A stretch of DNA of 64,000 nt from an uncultured virus (IMG/VR IMGVR_UViG_2831345111_000005). Lineage: Duplodnaviria > Heunggongvirae > Uroviricota > Caudoviricetes. Positions 48,782 to 59,857 of this stretch are shown one piece after another; the first letter of the stretch is position 1; each line of letters starts with the position of its first letter. A model generated the notes under the pieces. It was not told where the DNA came from. It worked only from the letters and a program-made list of their open reading frames with translations, and made no database searches. The position numbers and the translations under genes are program-made. The stretch lies in the IMG/VR virus record IMGVR_UViG_2831345111_000005; one strand, 5' to 3'.

Positions 48782-51244
48782 CTACTTGTAAAGCGCGGCC
48801 AATGCATGACAGAAGTGCTCGATGGCCAACTTAGTCCTCAGGTCTGTACCACCTAGTTGACCTACTGCACCCAGTAAGGGGAACTGCTCAACCAGATTGC
48901 GCCAGACGACCTTGTAGTCAAGATGACCTGCCGATGCAAGGTTATGCATCGCCTGAATCATCGACTTCCGGTCATCAGAATCGAACTCAGACACCACCAT
49001 ATGCGCTGCAATCATATTCAAGCCGTTGCAGGCATGATTAAGCGGTTGCTTGTTGATGTATGACCCGTCCAAGTACTTGGTTTTACCAGCAACAACATCC
49101 AGATAGGGCGCTATTGCTTTGTCAAACTTCGTACCGGTCAGCATCATGCGCGGTTCTTTTGCGAGAACATTGCACAGATTTCTCAAGTCGTAGCAGTCAT
49201 CAATCGACCGAACCCTCTTTCCATTCAAAACATCCTGAATGTCAGAAGTGTCCATCAACACCATTAAGGCGTCCTCAAAAGCAACCCAGCCCTTCAACGC
49301 ACAAACTGCATGGTACGCCTCATGACCACCTGCTTCTTCGTCGAACTCATCCAGCGCCAAGTCAAACAGTCCTTCAGCTTGGGCATCCGCTTGCGCTTTA
49401 GCCAATGCGTCTACCTGCTTGGATGTCAACAAATACAACTTGTCGATACCCATCTTGGTCGCCACCGCCCTAAGGTCACCCCCTCCATAGGACACCAGGA
49501 GGTCCGCCAGCGTGACATCATCCTTGAACCCTTCCAGCTTGCCACCATCCTTGCGAATCCAGACGCGCTGCGGTTCTCTGGCGCGATAGGTGTCGAAATT
49601 GATTTCTTCCGAAACCTGCTTCCCCTGCGCAAAGCTATGGAAAGTTATCTGGCCGACACGCGAGGTTCGCGCGACAACCTTACCCCCCACCACCTTACGA
49701 GAAACATCAGGAAAGCTCGACGTCAGGTGCACCGGCAAAGCTCCGCCGTAAGCTGCATTAAGCCCTTCTACCGTAGTTTTGGCGTCCGCAATTTCTTCCG
49801 CGGTCACGTACACAAAGCTCAAAAAGCTCAATCCTTCTCGCTGGGATTTAAGCCAGCTACGGAATCGAGCAGTGCCGCCAGTGGCAAGGTCATTGCAAAC
49901 CAACCGGATAGGTTTATTGGCTTTGAAACTCACCTCCTCGCTCGACATGGTTTTCCCATTGCAGTGCAGCCTACCTTTTACGGAATAAGCTTCACGCAAC
50001 ACGGGGTCGCTAGATTTGGTGAACTTCAGTTGAACACCATTCAAGTGTTGACTGCGCTCGAACGGAACGGCCAGAAGACCTGTCCATGGTGAGTTTTTAC
50101 TCGTTGCCTGAATTAACGGCTCATACAGGGCGGATTTGTTATCGCGAGTGCCGCGAGCAAACCAATGCCAGACTTCGTCGTTGCCCAATAAATTGGACAA
50201 AGTTGCTTTTGAGCTCAGGTCCGGCTGTGCATACAGCTCCCGCGCCGTTTTGATGACATGCAGTTTTGCTGCATGGTCAATCTTACGCAAGAGGGCATAC
50301 ACCTCATCACTGTACTTCAGTTCTTCGCGAGAAGGCATGAAGGGCAGGTTGAACGACATCGGGATTTCAATAATCATCCCTCTGAAGAACACCGATTGCC
50401 AGTCCGTTGGAGATTGAACATGGAACGGCAGACCGCCAACACCGGACTCCTGGTTGGTCAAGACCACCAAAGAGCCGTCCTGCAAGCCCTGTCGCCCATA
50501 CTGCAGCGCTGTACCATGCATCGGGAAAATGCGAACACCAGCAAGGCTGGGGTCAACTTCTTCCAAATCAAGGCGAACACCACTGAAGTCCGGCAACACA
50601 GGTGAAAGAGCTGAGGGGCTATCCACGGAGAACGCATCCCCCATGGTCAGCGTCATCACTTCACGCAGCCAGCTGACCGCGCGCAGTGCTTCCGGCAAGT
50701 CGGCATCCTTCACGGGGAAGTAAACCTGCGTGCCGGTCACCGTACCTGGAACCTCGGAGGCCAACTGCACCTGAGGACGACCATCCTTCCCTTGAAACTG
50801 GAAGTAAGTCCGCTCAATCATGTCTTCAGCATTGCAAGTCACGATGTAGCATTCCCGGATGTAGCCATACGCTGCCCAGCGACCAACACCCAACCCACCA
50901 GCAGCGCCATTGTCGGCAGCTTTGGTGGAGGAGCCGAATGACAAATAGCCGTCATCTGCTTCCATAAAGGCTTTGGTCATTCCGGCACCCTTGTCGACCA
51001 CCTTGATAACAGGATTATCCAGCGTCGGGAGGTAAACCATCACCCCATCCGCGGCGGACATCCCCAGGCGCTTAACAGCGTCCACACCATTCTGAATCGG
51101 CTCACGAATTGCAGCCATCAGCATGTACTTGTAGACCGTTGCCAGCATGTCGAACATAGCTCCGGAAAGGTTCATGGTCGCATGCATTGCCGACCCCAGT
51201 GCCTTCACTTCGGAACGTTGTTGATTAATGCTAATAATAGCCAT
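48782..51244 (-). CDS. GHKL ATPase, rIIA-like protein
   Basis: Y...AAIREPIQNGVDA, LPT...P...V.DKGAGM, FGSSTK, GGLGVG, GT.V..PV, PSREEL.Y. Confidence 0.72.
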   Translation of the reverse strand: MAIISINQQRSEVKALGSAMHATMNLSGAMFDMLATVYKYMLMAAIREPIQNGVDAVKRLGMSAADGVMVYLPTLDNPVIKVVDKGAGMTKAFMEADDGYLSFGSSTKAADNGAAGGLGVGRWAAYGYIRECYIVTCNAEDMIERTYFQFQGKDGRPQVQLASEVPGTVTGTQVYFPVKDADLPEALRAVSWLREVMTLTMGDAFSVDSPSALSPVLPDFSGVRLDLEEVDPSLAGVRIFPMHGTALQYGRQGLQDGSLVVLTNQESGVGGLPFHVQSPTDWQSVFFRGMIIEIPMSFNLPFMPSREELKYSDEVYALLRKIDHAAKLHVIKTARELYAQPDLSSKATLSNLLGNDEVWHWFARGTRDNKSALYEPLIQATSKNSPWTGLLAVPFERSQHLNGVQLKFTKSSDPVLREAYSVKGRLHCNGKTMSSEEVSFKANKPIRLVCNDLATGGTARFRSWLKSQREGLSFLSFVYVTAEEIADAKTTVEGLNAAYGGALPVHLTSSFPDVSRKVVGGKVVARTSRVGQITFHSFAQGKQVSEEINFDTYRAREPQRVWIRKDGGKLEGFKDDVTLADLLVSYGGGDLRAVATKMGIDKLYLLTSKQVDALAKAQADAQAEGLFDLALDEFDEEAGGHEAYHAVCALKGWVAFEDALMVLMDTSDIQDVLNGKRVRSIDDCYDLRNLCNVLAKEPRMMLTGTKFDKAIAPYLDVVAGKTKYLDGSYINKQPLNHACNGLNMIAAHMVVSEFDSDDRKSMIQAMHNLASAGHLDYKVVWRNLVEQFPLLGAVGQLGGTDLRTKLAIEHFCHALAALYK

Positions 51245-51475
51245 CGTTGTTTCCTCTTTATGAAATAAATTTAACAGACGCAATAAGCGCCTTAGATATG
51301 TTCCTACGAGTTTGTATAGCGTATTTTACTACATAAGCCAAGGCATAAACAGCGCCACAAAGAGACAATTAACTATATTGATGCTATATTGCTAATCTGA
51401 ACTGGCGCTATACGGTTATGGACATAACCATGTTCAGGCCTTTCTGGCCGAAACATTAACAAGGAGGAAATTAAT

Positions 51476-52696
51476 ATGACGTTATCTTGTGTATCTCAGG
51501 TCGCGCTCGAGTATCGTGGAGGAGGCAGCGACAAGATTTACGTGATTCAAGTGCAGTCCGAGGATATGCCTGGCGGCGGCACGACTTATCGAGCGGTAGG
51601 CTATTACGGCCGCCGCGGTGCCACGTTGTCCAGGACTGAGAAATACCATGGTCCTCGGCTTGCGGATGCTGAGCGTGCCGCTGAAAAGCTGGAGAAGGAT
51701 AAGCGCTCAAGTAGTGGCTACACCACCATGGCGGTGGCTCCTGGCGATAAAATTGTTGGCATGCCGGCGGGGGTACCAGTATTTGGAGGTACGCCTGCGA
51801 CATCAACCGCCACGCCTGCAGGTGCTGCGTCTGCGGCTTCTGCAGCCTCCCCCAAGGCTATCGTTGGCATGATACCGATGCTGGCTCAGGTAGCGGCTGA
51901 GAGCGCCGTTGAACCTATGCTTGCAGAACCCGATTGGGTTATGCAGCAGAAGTACGACGGTGAGCGCTGTGTCATCTCCATTCGACGCGGCACCATCAGT
52001 GCCTCGAATCGAAACGGGCATGCCAAGTCTATCTCGCAAGAGGTAGCGACGGAGTTGAGCAAGCTCTGGGCGTTGCCTGACTTCAACGATGACCGTGAGA
52101 CCATTGTTGATGGGGAGCTGCTCATCGGTGACCGCTACATCGTGTATGACGTGCTGAAGTTGCGTGATGTGGATATGCGCAAGACTTCTTTCGTTGAACG
52201 TTTTTCCATGCTGGAAGAACTCCTCACCGACAGGCCCGGGTTACTGGCGCCTACGGCATGGACGGAAGAAGACAAGCGCGCGATGCTGCAGGCCGCCCAG
52301 GATAATAACTGGGAAGGCGTCATGTACCGCAACATCAATGGGAACTACACGACCGGTCGGTCATCGTTCCTGCTGAAGCACAAGTTGTGGGCTACCGCGT
52401 CTTGCCGTGTACTCACGGTAAACGCTCAGCGTTCCATTCGGGTTGCACTACTGAATGCCGCAGGTGAAGAAGAGTTTGTGGGCAATGTGACGGTCCCAGT
52501 CAATCAGGATATCCCTGAAGCTGACGACCTCGTGGAAGTGCGATATCTGTACGCCCATGAAGGCGGCCTGCTTTATCAGCCGACCTTGCTTGGCCGTCGT
52601 GATGACATTTCTGAAGCTGACAAGATTGCTGACCTGCGTCGCCCTCCAGCAGAGCGTACCGGTGAAGCAGATGCTCCTTTGAAAGCTGCTGCGTAA
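51476..52696 (+). CDS. WGR-domain ATP-dependent DNA ligase-like protein
   Basis: SDKIY...YGRRG (WGR-like); QKYDGER, VDGE, YDVL, EGVM, LKHK, VEVRY. Confidence 0.85.
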   Translation: MTLSCVSQVALEYRGGGSDKIYVIQVQSEDMPGGGTTYRAVGYYGRRGATLSRTEKYHGPRLADAERAAEKLEKDKRSSSGYTTMAVAPGDKIVGMPAGVPVFGGTPATSTATPAGAASAASAASPKAIVGMIPMLAQVAAESAVEPMLAEPDWVMQQKYDGERCVISIRRGTISASNRNGHAKSISQEVATELSKLWALPDFNDDRETIVDGELLIGDRYIVYDVLKLRDVDMRKTSFVERFSMLEELLTDRPGLLAPTAWTEEDKRAMLQAAQDNNWEGVMYRNINGNYTTGRSSFLLKHKLWATASCRVLTVNAQRSIRVALLNAAGEEEFVGNVTVPVNQDIPEADDLVEVRYLYAHEGGLLYQPTLLGRRDDISEADKIADLRRPPAERTGEADAPLKAAA

Positions 52697-52732
52697 TCGA
52701 TGTAACTCAAAGCCCTCCTTGGAGGGCTTTTC

Positions 52733-53158
52733 TCATGCGAGCAGTGGAAGTTGATTCTTAGGGGTGCGCAGGTATTTCACGATAACGTGAATCATCGCGA
52801 TAACCGACCACAGCTGGATAAAATAGGACGTGACAAGGATTGCCGTTGGAGCGATGTGCAAAACAATCATCCCGCACACAACCAGGATGCTGATAAGCGC
52901 AACACTCACCTGCATACAGCCCAGCGCCAGGGCTAGCCGCGCTGAGAACCAGACGATGCCAAACGGACTCAGGAGGGTGAGAATGATATTGCCCATCGTC
53001 AATTCGCCAACCAGGTAAAGCGCCAACAGGTTCAAAGGGACGCTCCCAAACAGCCACAGCCGCGCCTCAAGCACGGAGCCAGCCCATATCGGGCTACGAA
53101 AATCCGACTTAAGCAGCAAGGGAAGCAGCAGACGCTGGACTGTGATGTTGAAATTCAA
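52733..53158 (-). CDS. Membrane protein
   Basis: AGGAG RBS before TTG 53158; multi-TM. Confidence 0.5.
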   Translation of the reverse strand: MNFNITVQRLLLPLLLKSDFRSPIWAGSVLEARLWLFGSVPLNLLALYLVGELTMGNIILTLLSPFGIVWFSARLALALGCMQVSVALISILVVCGMIVLHIAPTAILVTSYFIQLWSVIAMIHVIVKYLRTPKNQLPLLA

Positions 53159-53168
53159 AGTAAGACTC

Positions 53169-53543
53169 CTAAATGGATAGGCGCAAGGCAGAAAGGTAGT
53201 TGCGCCCCATAGACCGCAGCTTCCAGAGCAGCAATCCAATAACCAGCGTCGACAGAACCCAGCCCGGCAATACCCCCATCGCTCTAAAAATGGGTTGGGC
53301 GGCATTAAGCACGGGCCCCGCCAAAAGTAAGCCAAAGACCAGAATCAGAACGGCGCCCGCCAATACCGGGCTGTTAGCCCCACCTCGACTACTCAATGGC
53401 GGCACTGCACGGAACACAACGCCGAGTCCTGCAAGTAGATAAGCCAGCTCTCGCAACTCGATGGTATGCGTCGTCATGGCCAGCAACGCGCGCGCGACAC
53501 GAACTCGCCAGCTCGGCGACTGCCTTGGTTGGATAGTAAGCAT
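53169..53543 (-). CDS. Membrane protein
   Basis: Hydrophobic ORF. Confidence 0.5.
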   Translation of the reverse strand: MLTIQPRQSPSWRVRVARALLAMTTHTIELRELAYLLAGLGVVFRAVPPLSSRGGANSPVLAGAVLILVFGLLLAGPVLNAAQPIFRAMGVLPGWVLSTLVIGLLLWKLRSMGRNYLSALRLSI

Positions 53544-53627
53544 GATTTACAAGTATAACTTTAAATAGCATATATGTCACCTATACTCAAAACGGCAATT
53601 GGCCGTTTTTTGTTTTCAGGATTCCCT

Positions 53628-54122
53628 ATGACCGGACGTGGTCACCGTTGGACGGGAGTGGGCGCCGCATTTATGGCTGCAGCGCTTGCACGGGCATTTC
53701 ATCTTCCAGAGCTAGTGGCCGCTGCGGTCGCTGCAGGCTCGACCACATTACCCGATTGGGTTGAAATGCCGTTCTACCGCCGGGATGCGAAGACCGGCAT
53801 GCGAGTCCGCGTCGGCGCACTAATCCCGCACCGGACTATTACCCACTGGCCTCCGCTATGGCTAGGCGTTATCTACTGGGGTGTGCATGCAGGCGGCTTC
53901 GTTGGTTCTATGGCCATAGGGGCAGCAATTGGCGCAATCGTCCATATCCTAGGGGACGCACCCAATCCCATGGGTATCCCTTGGTTAGTCCCCACCAAGC
54001 GGTTGAAGCTAGGGAAAAAGGGATGGTGGCGTTCGGGAGAACACGAAATCATGATGACTCTGTCCTTTGCAACAGCGGGATTTGTTTCATGGCAGTTGGT
54101 CAGCATGTGGAACATGAGTTAG
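53628..54122 (+). CDS. YdjM-like metal-dependent membrane hydrolase
   Basis: GH, LPD, HRTITH, HILGD, GIP. Confidence 0.78.
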   Translation: MTGRGHRWTGVGAAFMAAALARAFHLPELVAAAVAAGSTTLPDWVEMPFYRRDAKTGMRVRVGALIPHRTITHWPPLWLGVIYWGVHAGGFVGSMAIGAAIGAIVHILGDAPNPMGIPWLVPTKRLKLGKKGWWRSGEHEIMMTLSFATAGFVSWQLVSMWNMS

Positions 54123-54170
54123 CTTGACTAAATTGCTTATATATGGTACACTCATAATATACAATCAGAC

Positions 54171-54536
54171 GTGGAACGTACCATGTATTTTGGCAACTTG
54201 GCTGACAAGTCGGCACAGGCTGCGCTCGTTCATGCCCAGCACCAGCCAGAGGCATGGCAAGTCTATCTGGTAAAGACTGGCGCGGAGAAGCGCACCCCGG
54301 CGCAGAACAAATTTTTCAGGTCACTGCTGCGGCGATTTGCCCAGCAGAACGGTAATTCCGTGCAGTTCTGGCATGACTACCTGGTGGAGCGTTATTTGGG
54401 GCTTGATGAGGTTGTCACTGAGGATGGGTATGTCCGCAAGGTGCTTCCCTCCACGGCTGAGTTGTCTGTTAATGAATTTTCAGACTTCTTGAGTGCTTGC
54501 TTGGTTTTGGCAGCTGAGCACCATATTACCGTGTAA
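54171..54536 (+). CDS. NinB/YbcN-like protein
   Basis: KRT.AQN...L...ST..L...EFS.FL. Confidence 0.6.
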   Translation: MERTMYFGNLADKSAQAALVHAQHQPEAWQVYLVKTGAEKRTPAQNKFFRSLLRRFAQQNGNSVQFWHDYLVERYLGLDEVVTEDGYVRKVLPSTAELSVNEFSDFLSACLVLAAEHHITV

Positions 54537-54613
54537 CTCGAATTCAAAAATTGCCTTTAGTTCATATACTAAAGGTTCGCAATAACTGCATTAACTAACA
54601 CTGGACTCAATAT

Positions 54614-55519
54614 ATGTCGAAAAAAATCATTGCAATGCTTATTGGCGCCATGGGCTTTCAAGCAGCGGCCGTCCTTGCTGACGCAGGCCCGGGCAAAGCC
54701 CCGACAACCGATACCACCATGCGTTGCGACGCCCCTGTCCTCAATGTCCCCGCAGACACCTCCAAGCCTGCTCTTTATGTTGTGGACTGCCATGGTGCGG
54801 ATGCTACCTCGATTGCCCCCTCTATCCGCTTCGCAGGTGAGGCGCTCATCAAGGGCACTCCGCCTTACCTTATCAATGCTGCTTACACCATCAGCTCCCA
54901 AAGTGAACATGCCACCAAGCTGGGGCAACTACCTCGCGCGGACCAGGTTGCAACTGGCGTCCTGAAGTCGAGCGCGGTGTCCTCTGCCGCCTTACCGGCC
55001 CAGTTCGCCCATCAAATCGAATGGGATGCGCCGACGGGAACCCTCTCGGTCGAAGAATCCGCTGGGGTATGGCGTGCCTACAACGTGAATTACGCAGATG
55101 CAGTGGATGAGCCGGGAATTGTAGAGTCTGGCCTGGCCTCAACTCCTGTCATCAACGGCCGGGCCAGCTCGAAGGTGGTTCTTGGCCCTAAGGTGTCTCG
55201 CTTTGCTGGAAAGGCCGTGCTGACGCAGCCTGTCGTGAAGGCTGAGCTGCGCCTGCGTGACGGAAAGCTTGAAGTGCAGATGGGTGAAACTCGCGTAGCC
55301 AACCAGGATGCCGTGCAAGGTGCGCTGCTCGCGTTGGACCGCAAGCCTGCGGATATGACCCGCGCCTGGGCGCTGGCCTCCCGTGCGCAATACCTCGGCC
55401 TCGATGACGAGGTGCATTATGCTGAGCGCAAGGTGGCAGAACACAATCCTCAGCTGCTTGAAGAGTTCCAGCAAAACGTGGCGCGCATCAAGCCCTATTC
55501 TCAGGCTAACCAACAATAA
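54614..55519 (+). CDS. Secreted hypothetical protein
   Basis: Signal peptide, 301 aa. Confidence 0.7.
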   Translation: MSKKIIAMLIGAMGFQAAAVLADAGPGKAPTTDTTMRCDAPVLNVPADTSKPALYVVDCHGADATSIAPSIRFAGEALIKGTPPYLINAAYTISSQSEHATKLGQLPRADQVATGVLKSSAVSSAALPAQFAHQIEWDAPTGTLSVEESAGVWRAYNVNYADAVDEPGIVESGLASTPVINGRASSKVVLGPKVSRFAGKAVLTQPVVKAELRLRDGKLEVQMGETRVANQDAVQGALLALDRKPADMTRAWALASRAQYLGLDDEVHYAERKVAEHNPQLLEEFQQNVARIKPYSQANQQ

Positions 55520-55533
55520 CGGCGGGGCGTACC

Positions 55534-56649
55534 ATGATTGTCAAAAAAGCGTTATTGGCAGTGCTTTTGGCGGTAGGCTCTTTGAGCGTACAAGCTGCGC
55601 CGGCACTACAGAAATGCGCTCCTATTGAAATTTCGCATACCGATTTATCCGGGTTGTCCTATCACCTTGCCTGTGACGCCGGAAAATGGCATCTGGGATA
55701 CACAGGCAGCGTGCCCGCTGGCGAAGATGCCGTTAATGCTCAGTACCGATTAAGCATTGACGGCCCGGATGGCGTTTCCATGGTACAGAACCGAGTGGTG
55801 CGCTTGCCGGCTCCGGCCAGACTTGCGCAGATGTTGATGCGTGAAGCTGTGGTGCTGGACTCGGGTGAGCTCGCGCTTCGTGACTGTAAGGAAATTGGCT
55901 GCACCCTATATCGTCCAATGGTTGAATCGAAATCGCTGATTAAGGCGACGGTCACTGTAACGCCGGAATCGAAACGACTGATGGACGAAGGTGCGGCATT
56001 AAAGGCTGATATCGAGCAGCTGAAAGTAGAGTTAAGCTCAGCTCGTATGGAACGCGACACTGCGCAACGCGAGTTGCGCAAGACGCAGGATGCACTTAAC
56101 CAGATGTCCGCAGAATTGACTGGATATCGGCTGGAGGCTGACAGTATTAAGCAGGTGAAGTCCTCCGCTTCACAGGAAGAGCTCCAGGCGCGCATCCGTC
56201 AACTGGAGGATGAGGTTGCTTCAGCCAAGTCGGCTGAAGTTCGAGCAATGCATACGGTTGTGGAAGTAATGCAAGCCAATCGCACATTGACTCAACGTTT
56301 GCGAGAACTGGATAGCCCGCCGGCAGATACAAAAAAGGTATCTCCCATCCCTGACGCGATGAAGTCAGAGGATGTCCGGGGTAAGGACGACGACTCCAAT
56401 ACGCCTAACTACATGCTTCCGTATGAGCCGTGTCACAATGTGATGGAGGAAGGACAGTCAGGCCTTCATATCAAAGACCCCGGAAAACAAGACTTCACTG
56501 CGCTGGTGTCACCCGGTACCCACCACCAGCTCGACAAGAAGACACGCCCGGCACATCGGTTCGCTCGGGTGAAAGGCCAGTGGTACGACGTATGGACTGA
56601 CCCGCCCACCCCAATTGCGCCTCCAGCTAAGTTGCACCGAAATAGCTAA
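55534..56649 (+). CDS. Secreted coiled-coil hypothetical protein
   Basis: Signal peptide, heptad region. Confidence 0.7.
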   Translation: MIVKKALLAVLLAVGSLSVQAAPALQKCAPIEISHTDLSGLSYHLACDAGKWHLGYTGSVPAGEDAVNAQYRLSIDGPDGVSMVQNRVVRLPAPARLAQMLMREAVVLDSGELALRDCKEIGCTLYRPMVESKSLIKATVTVTPESKRLMDEGAALKADIEQLKVELSSARMERDTAQRELRKTQDALNQMSAELTGYRLEADSIKQVKSSASQEELQARIRQLEDEVASAKSAEVRAMHTVVEVMQANRTLTQRLRELDSPPADTKKVSPIPDAMKSEDVRGKDDDSNTPNYMLPYEPCHNVMEEGQSGLHIKDPGKQDFTALVSPGTHHQLDKKTRPAHRFARVKGQWYDVWTDPPTPIAPPAKLHRNS

Positions 56650-57180
56650 AGCAGCAGGACGACTCAAACGCGGAACCAAAAATTCCGCGTTTTTGTTTTT
56701 GCTTTTGACAAGCAAAAGACAATTCTTACATCAAACTGACATATCAAACCACCAATAATATTCTCCTTGTATTTACCAGAAATCTTTAATCCACTTGCTT
56801 GACAAATATTAAAATCTCCAAGCTAGTATGGTTTTAAATTGATTGGTGATTACTAGTATTTTGATATAGCGGCAATTTAATTTGTCATATCTAAAATTCC
56901 CTTGGCATGTTGGGAACTTTGGCTATACTTGCATGCAGATACTGGACTAACACAGGGCCTCTACGGCCTCCAAGACAAACTTTTTGGGAGGGCAAAATAA
57001 TAATGGGGAGACCTTCAGTGATATTGGGGAAGCACGCACAATACTAAAACTGTCAAGGTTTCATGGTTGGCATATCTGAAAACACTTGCATTTCAAACTT
57101 GTTTAGCGTATAAATAGCGAAAACGACTTGAATATTCATGCATTTTTGGAAATAGTGTAATTTAAAAAGGAAATATCATC

Positions 57181-58104
57181 ATGTCTCAGTTTGATAAATA
57201 CACCACCGCTGAGTACGTTGAAGGTTTGCGCGTTTTTCTCAACATCAAAAAGCAAGGCTTCCAACGTGAGGCAGGACTTGTTCGGGACCCAGGCACGAAG
57301 CGTAAAGGCCGTCTTCCGAGCTACCCTCAAGAAGCTATTAAGCTTCTCGAGGATGAAGTAAACAAGAAGGCGGCGCTATGTGAGTCGGCAACCACCACGT
57401 TTGGTGAGCGCTTTCGCATAGCACGTGACTATCTCGGCTATAACGATTCCCAGGTCGCAAGACAGTTGGGTGTCAGCCGGGAGCTGGTGCGGCGCTGGGG
57501 TGAGAACATCCACCGCCCGTCGTGTGTACCGGAACTTGCAGAACTTTTGCAGGTACCGCTGGATTGGCTGGAGTATGGCGGCGAAGAATATTTGCCAGCC
57601 AACAGTCATATCGGCGTTCGAGTCGGGGAGGAGAATCTGTTATGGCGCGAGCAGCTGTTTGGTATGACGCTCGACGTTGTGGCAGAACTCCCGGATGACG
57701 TGGATGTCCCTCAGGCGCAAGCCTACATTGAAGATGCTGTGTTCACTCGTTACGACCTGGCGCATGCCGCCCGTCGAGCAGGTGGTCGCTGGCAAACCGT
57801 GGGAGCAACGCTGCTGTTCTCTCCGTGGATTCCAATTAAGGAACATGGATTGATGCGTCGCTACTGGTCGGATGAAGTCGAAGCTATCATCAGTGAAGAG
57901 CTGGACCTCAACCAGACTGTCCTCGCGGCATGGGAGGCGGTAAAAGCTCGTTGTGAGGCATTGGGCCTGAGTTCGGAGCAATACCCGAAACTCATCTCCC
58001 TGCATAAGCGTATCGAAAAGGAACGTACTCGTGCTGAAACATTCGGGGTAGACCTGAATGACATGATTGCGGCATCTGTCGAGGCGTATTCGCAACATCA
58101 TTAA
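57181..58104 (+). CDS. XRE-family HTH protein
   Basis: FGERFRIAR...SQVARQLGVSRELVRRW...LAELLQVPLDWL.YG. Confidence 0.8.
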   Translation: MSQFDKYTTAEYVEGLRVFLNIKKQGFQREAGLVRDPGTKRKGRLPSYPQEAIKLLEDEVNKKAALCESATTTFGERFRIARDYLGYNDSQVARQLGVSRELVRRWGENIHRPSCVPELAELLQVPLDWLEYGGEEYLPANSHIGVRVGEENLLWREQLFGMTLDVVAELPDDVDVPQAQAYIEDAVFTRYDLAHAARRAGGRWQTVGATLLFSPWIPIKEHGLMRRYWSDEVEAIISEELDLNQTVLAAWEAVKARCEALGLSSEQYPKLISLHKRIEKERTRAETFGVDLNDMIAASVEAYSQHH

Positions 58105-58159
58105 CCAACCTTTAAGGGCTACCAACTCTCTGGTAGCCCGATGGAAACAGCAACCAGCA

Positions 58160-59857
58160 ATGTCCGTCGTCTGCAGTCTCCAAAGGCGCCCGGTAATCGA
58201 CCACCGGGCGCTTTCACAACTGATTATCGAAACCGGTCTGTCTCCCCTTGAAGCGCAGCTTTTAAGCTCGCGTGGGGACCTGGGAGCACACTCGCCGGCG
58301 CTCCCAATCCTGCTCACCACCCCAATGCGCGACATGGCCAGCGCAGCGATGCGCTTGCATGAGGCCATTGAGGCTCAGGAGCAGGTGGTGGTGATTGCGG
58401 ACTATGATTGCGACGGCGCAACCTCCTGCGCAGTGGCCGTCGCCGGCCTGACTGAATTGGGCGCTAAAATCGGCTATGTCGTTCCAGACCGCATGGTTCA
58501 CGGTTACGGCATTTCGCCCTCCGTCGTCGACCTGGCCTTGGACCATTACCCAAATGCGCGCGTCATTCTTACCGTAGACAATGGCATTCTGGGTCATGCC
58601 GGAATCTCCTACGCGGCAGGGAAGGGGTTGGCAGTAATTGTGACTGACCATCACCTGCCCGGGGATACCTTGCCTTCTGAGGCCCTTGCTGTCATTGACC
58701 CCGCGCGGGAGGACTGCCCGAGCGGCCTGCAGAAGCTCGCTGGTGTGGGTGTGGCATTGTGGATGGTTGCCGCTGTAAAGCGTCTACGCACAGCATTTGG
58801 GATGCAGACCCCCTCGCTCAATTTCTTGCTGCCTTATGTGGCGGTAGGCACTGTCGCCGACATGGTTGGACTTGACGTTGCGAATCGGAAGCTCGTCTCA
58901 GCAGGGCTGGACGCCATGCGCCGCGGTAACGTTCCAGTCGGGATTCAGGCGCTCATTAATGAGGCAGGCTGCGTTCCTGCCTACATCACCACCCAGGACA
59001 TTGGGTTTGGCCTAGGCCCGCGCATCAATGCGGCCGGACGTCTGGATACCATGGATTCCGGCATCGAACTTTTGCTTACCCGCGATGAAAAGAAAGCGCG
59101 GCAGCTAGCCAAGCTCCTGACGGAAACCAACGATGAACGTAAGCGCCTGCAAAAGGAGGCCGTTGATGATGCCTCGCTGGTGCTCGACTTCACCTTCACC
59201 GAGGATACCCTGGCCATTGTGAAGGGTAGCCCTAACTGGCACCCTGGCATCGTTGGCCTAGTCGCTTCCCGCATCAAGGAAAAGCATCATCGGCCAACCT
59301 TCGTCTTTTCGCTGCATGACGGCGTCGCCAAGGGCTCTGGGAGGTCCATCCCGGGCTTCCACCTTAAGGACGCCCTCGAAGAAGTCGCGCGTCGTGCACC
59401 TGGCGTTCTATCCAAGTTCGGCGGCCATGCCATGGCTGCAGGAGCGACGCTTGAAAATGTGGGCGCATTAGAGGCCTTTGAGCGTGCATTTATCGATGTC
59501 GCCAAGGAGCGCGTGACTCCAGAGATGCTTGAGAACACGCTTTGGAGTGATGGCCCAATGCCAAACCTTTCTGTGGAGGACGCTGCGCGCGTGTTGCGCC
59601 ATCCATGGGGGCAAGGCTTCGAGGCGCCAGCTTTTGATGATGCCGCAGTCATCAAGGAAGTGCAGCCGTTGGGGTCGAGCGGCCTGCACTGGAAGATTCG
59701 GGCAAAAATCGGGGATAACGACGTGCCGGAAACGGTGGTCATGTTCAACCAGCCGGAGCCGACCGTTGGCCAGGAAGTCCAGATGTATCTGGCTCCCAGC
59801 CTGAATACTTGGAAGGGAAAGACCTCCCTGCAGTGGCAGGGAAGGGTGTTGAACTAG
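58160..59857 (+). CDS. recJ: Single-stranded DNA exonuclease RecJ
   Basis: DYDCDG, TVDNG, TDHH, GTVAD, PRINAAGR, GSGRS, FGGHAMAAG. Confidence 0.93.
   Translation: MSVVCSLQRRPVIDHRALSQLIIETGLSPLEAQLLSSRGDLGAHSPALPILLTTPMRDMASAAMRLHEAIEAQEQVVVIADYDCDGATSCAVAVAGLTELGAKIGYVVPDRMVHGYGISPSVVDLALDHYPNARVILTVDNGILGHAGISYAAGKGLAVIVTDHHLPGDTLPSEALAVIDPAREDCPSGLQKLAGVGVALWMVAAVKRLRTAFGMQTPSLNFLLPYVAVGTVADMVGLDVANRKLVSAGLDAMRRGNVPVGIQALINEAGCVPAYITTQDIGFGLGPRINAAGRLDTMDSGIELLLTRDEKKARQLAKLLTETNDERKRLQKEAVDDASLVLDFTFTEDTLAIVKGSPNWHPGIVGLVASRIKEKHHRPTFVFSLHDGVAKGSGRSIPGFHLKDALEEVARRAPGVLSKFGGHAMAAGATLENVGALEAFERAFIDVAKERVTPEMLENTLWSDGPMPNLSVEDAARVLRHPWGQGFEAPAFDDAAVIKEVQPLGSSGLHWKIRAKIGDNDVPETVVMFNQPEPTVGQEVQMYLAPSLNTWKGKTSLQWQGRVLN

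Noticed and set aside
52733..53543. Frameshifted single membrane gene
   Set aside because: An AGGAG RBS with a TTG start at 53158 explains two separate genes
56650..57180. AT-rich 530-bp intergenic region as oriT or second origin
   Set aside because: Only a terminator and promoter-like boxes are visible; no nic site or repeat array could be supported
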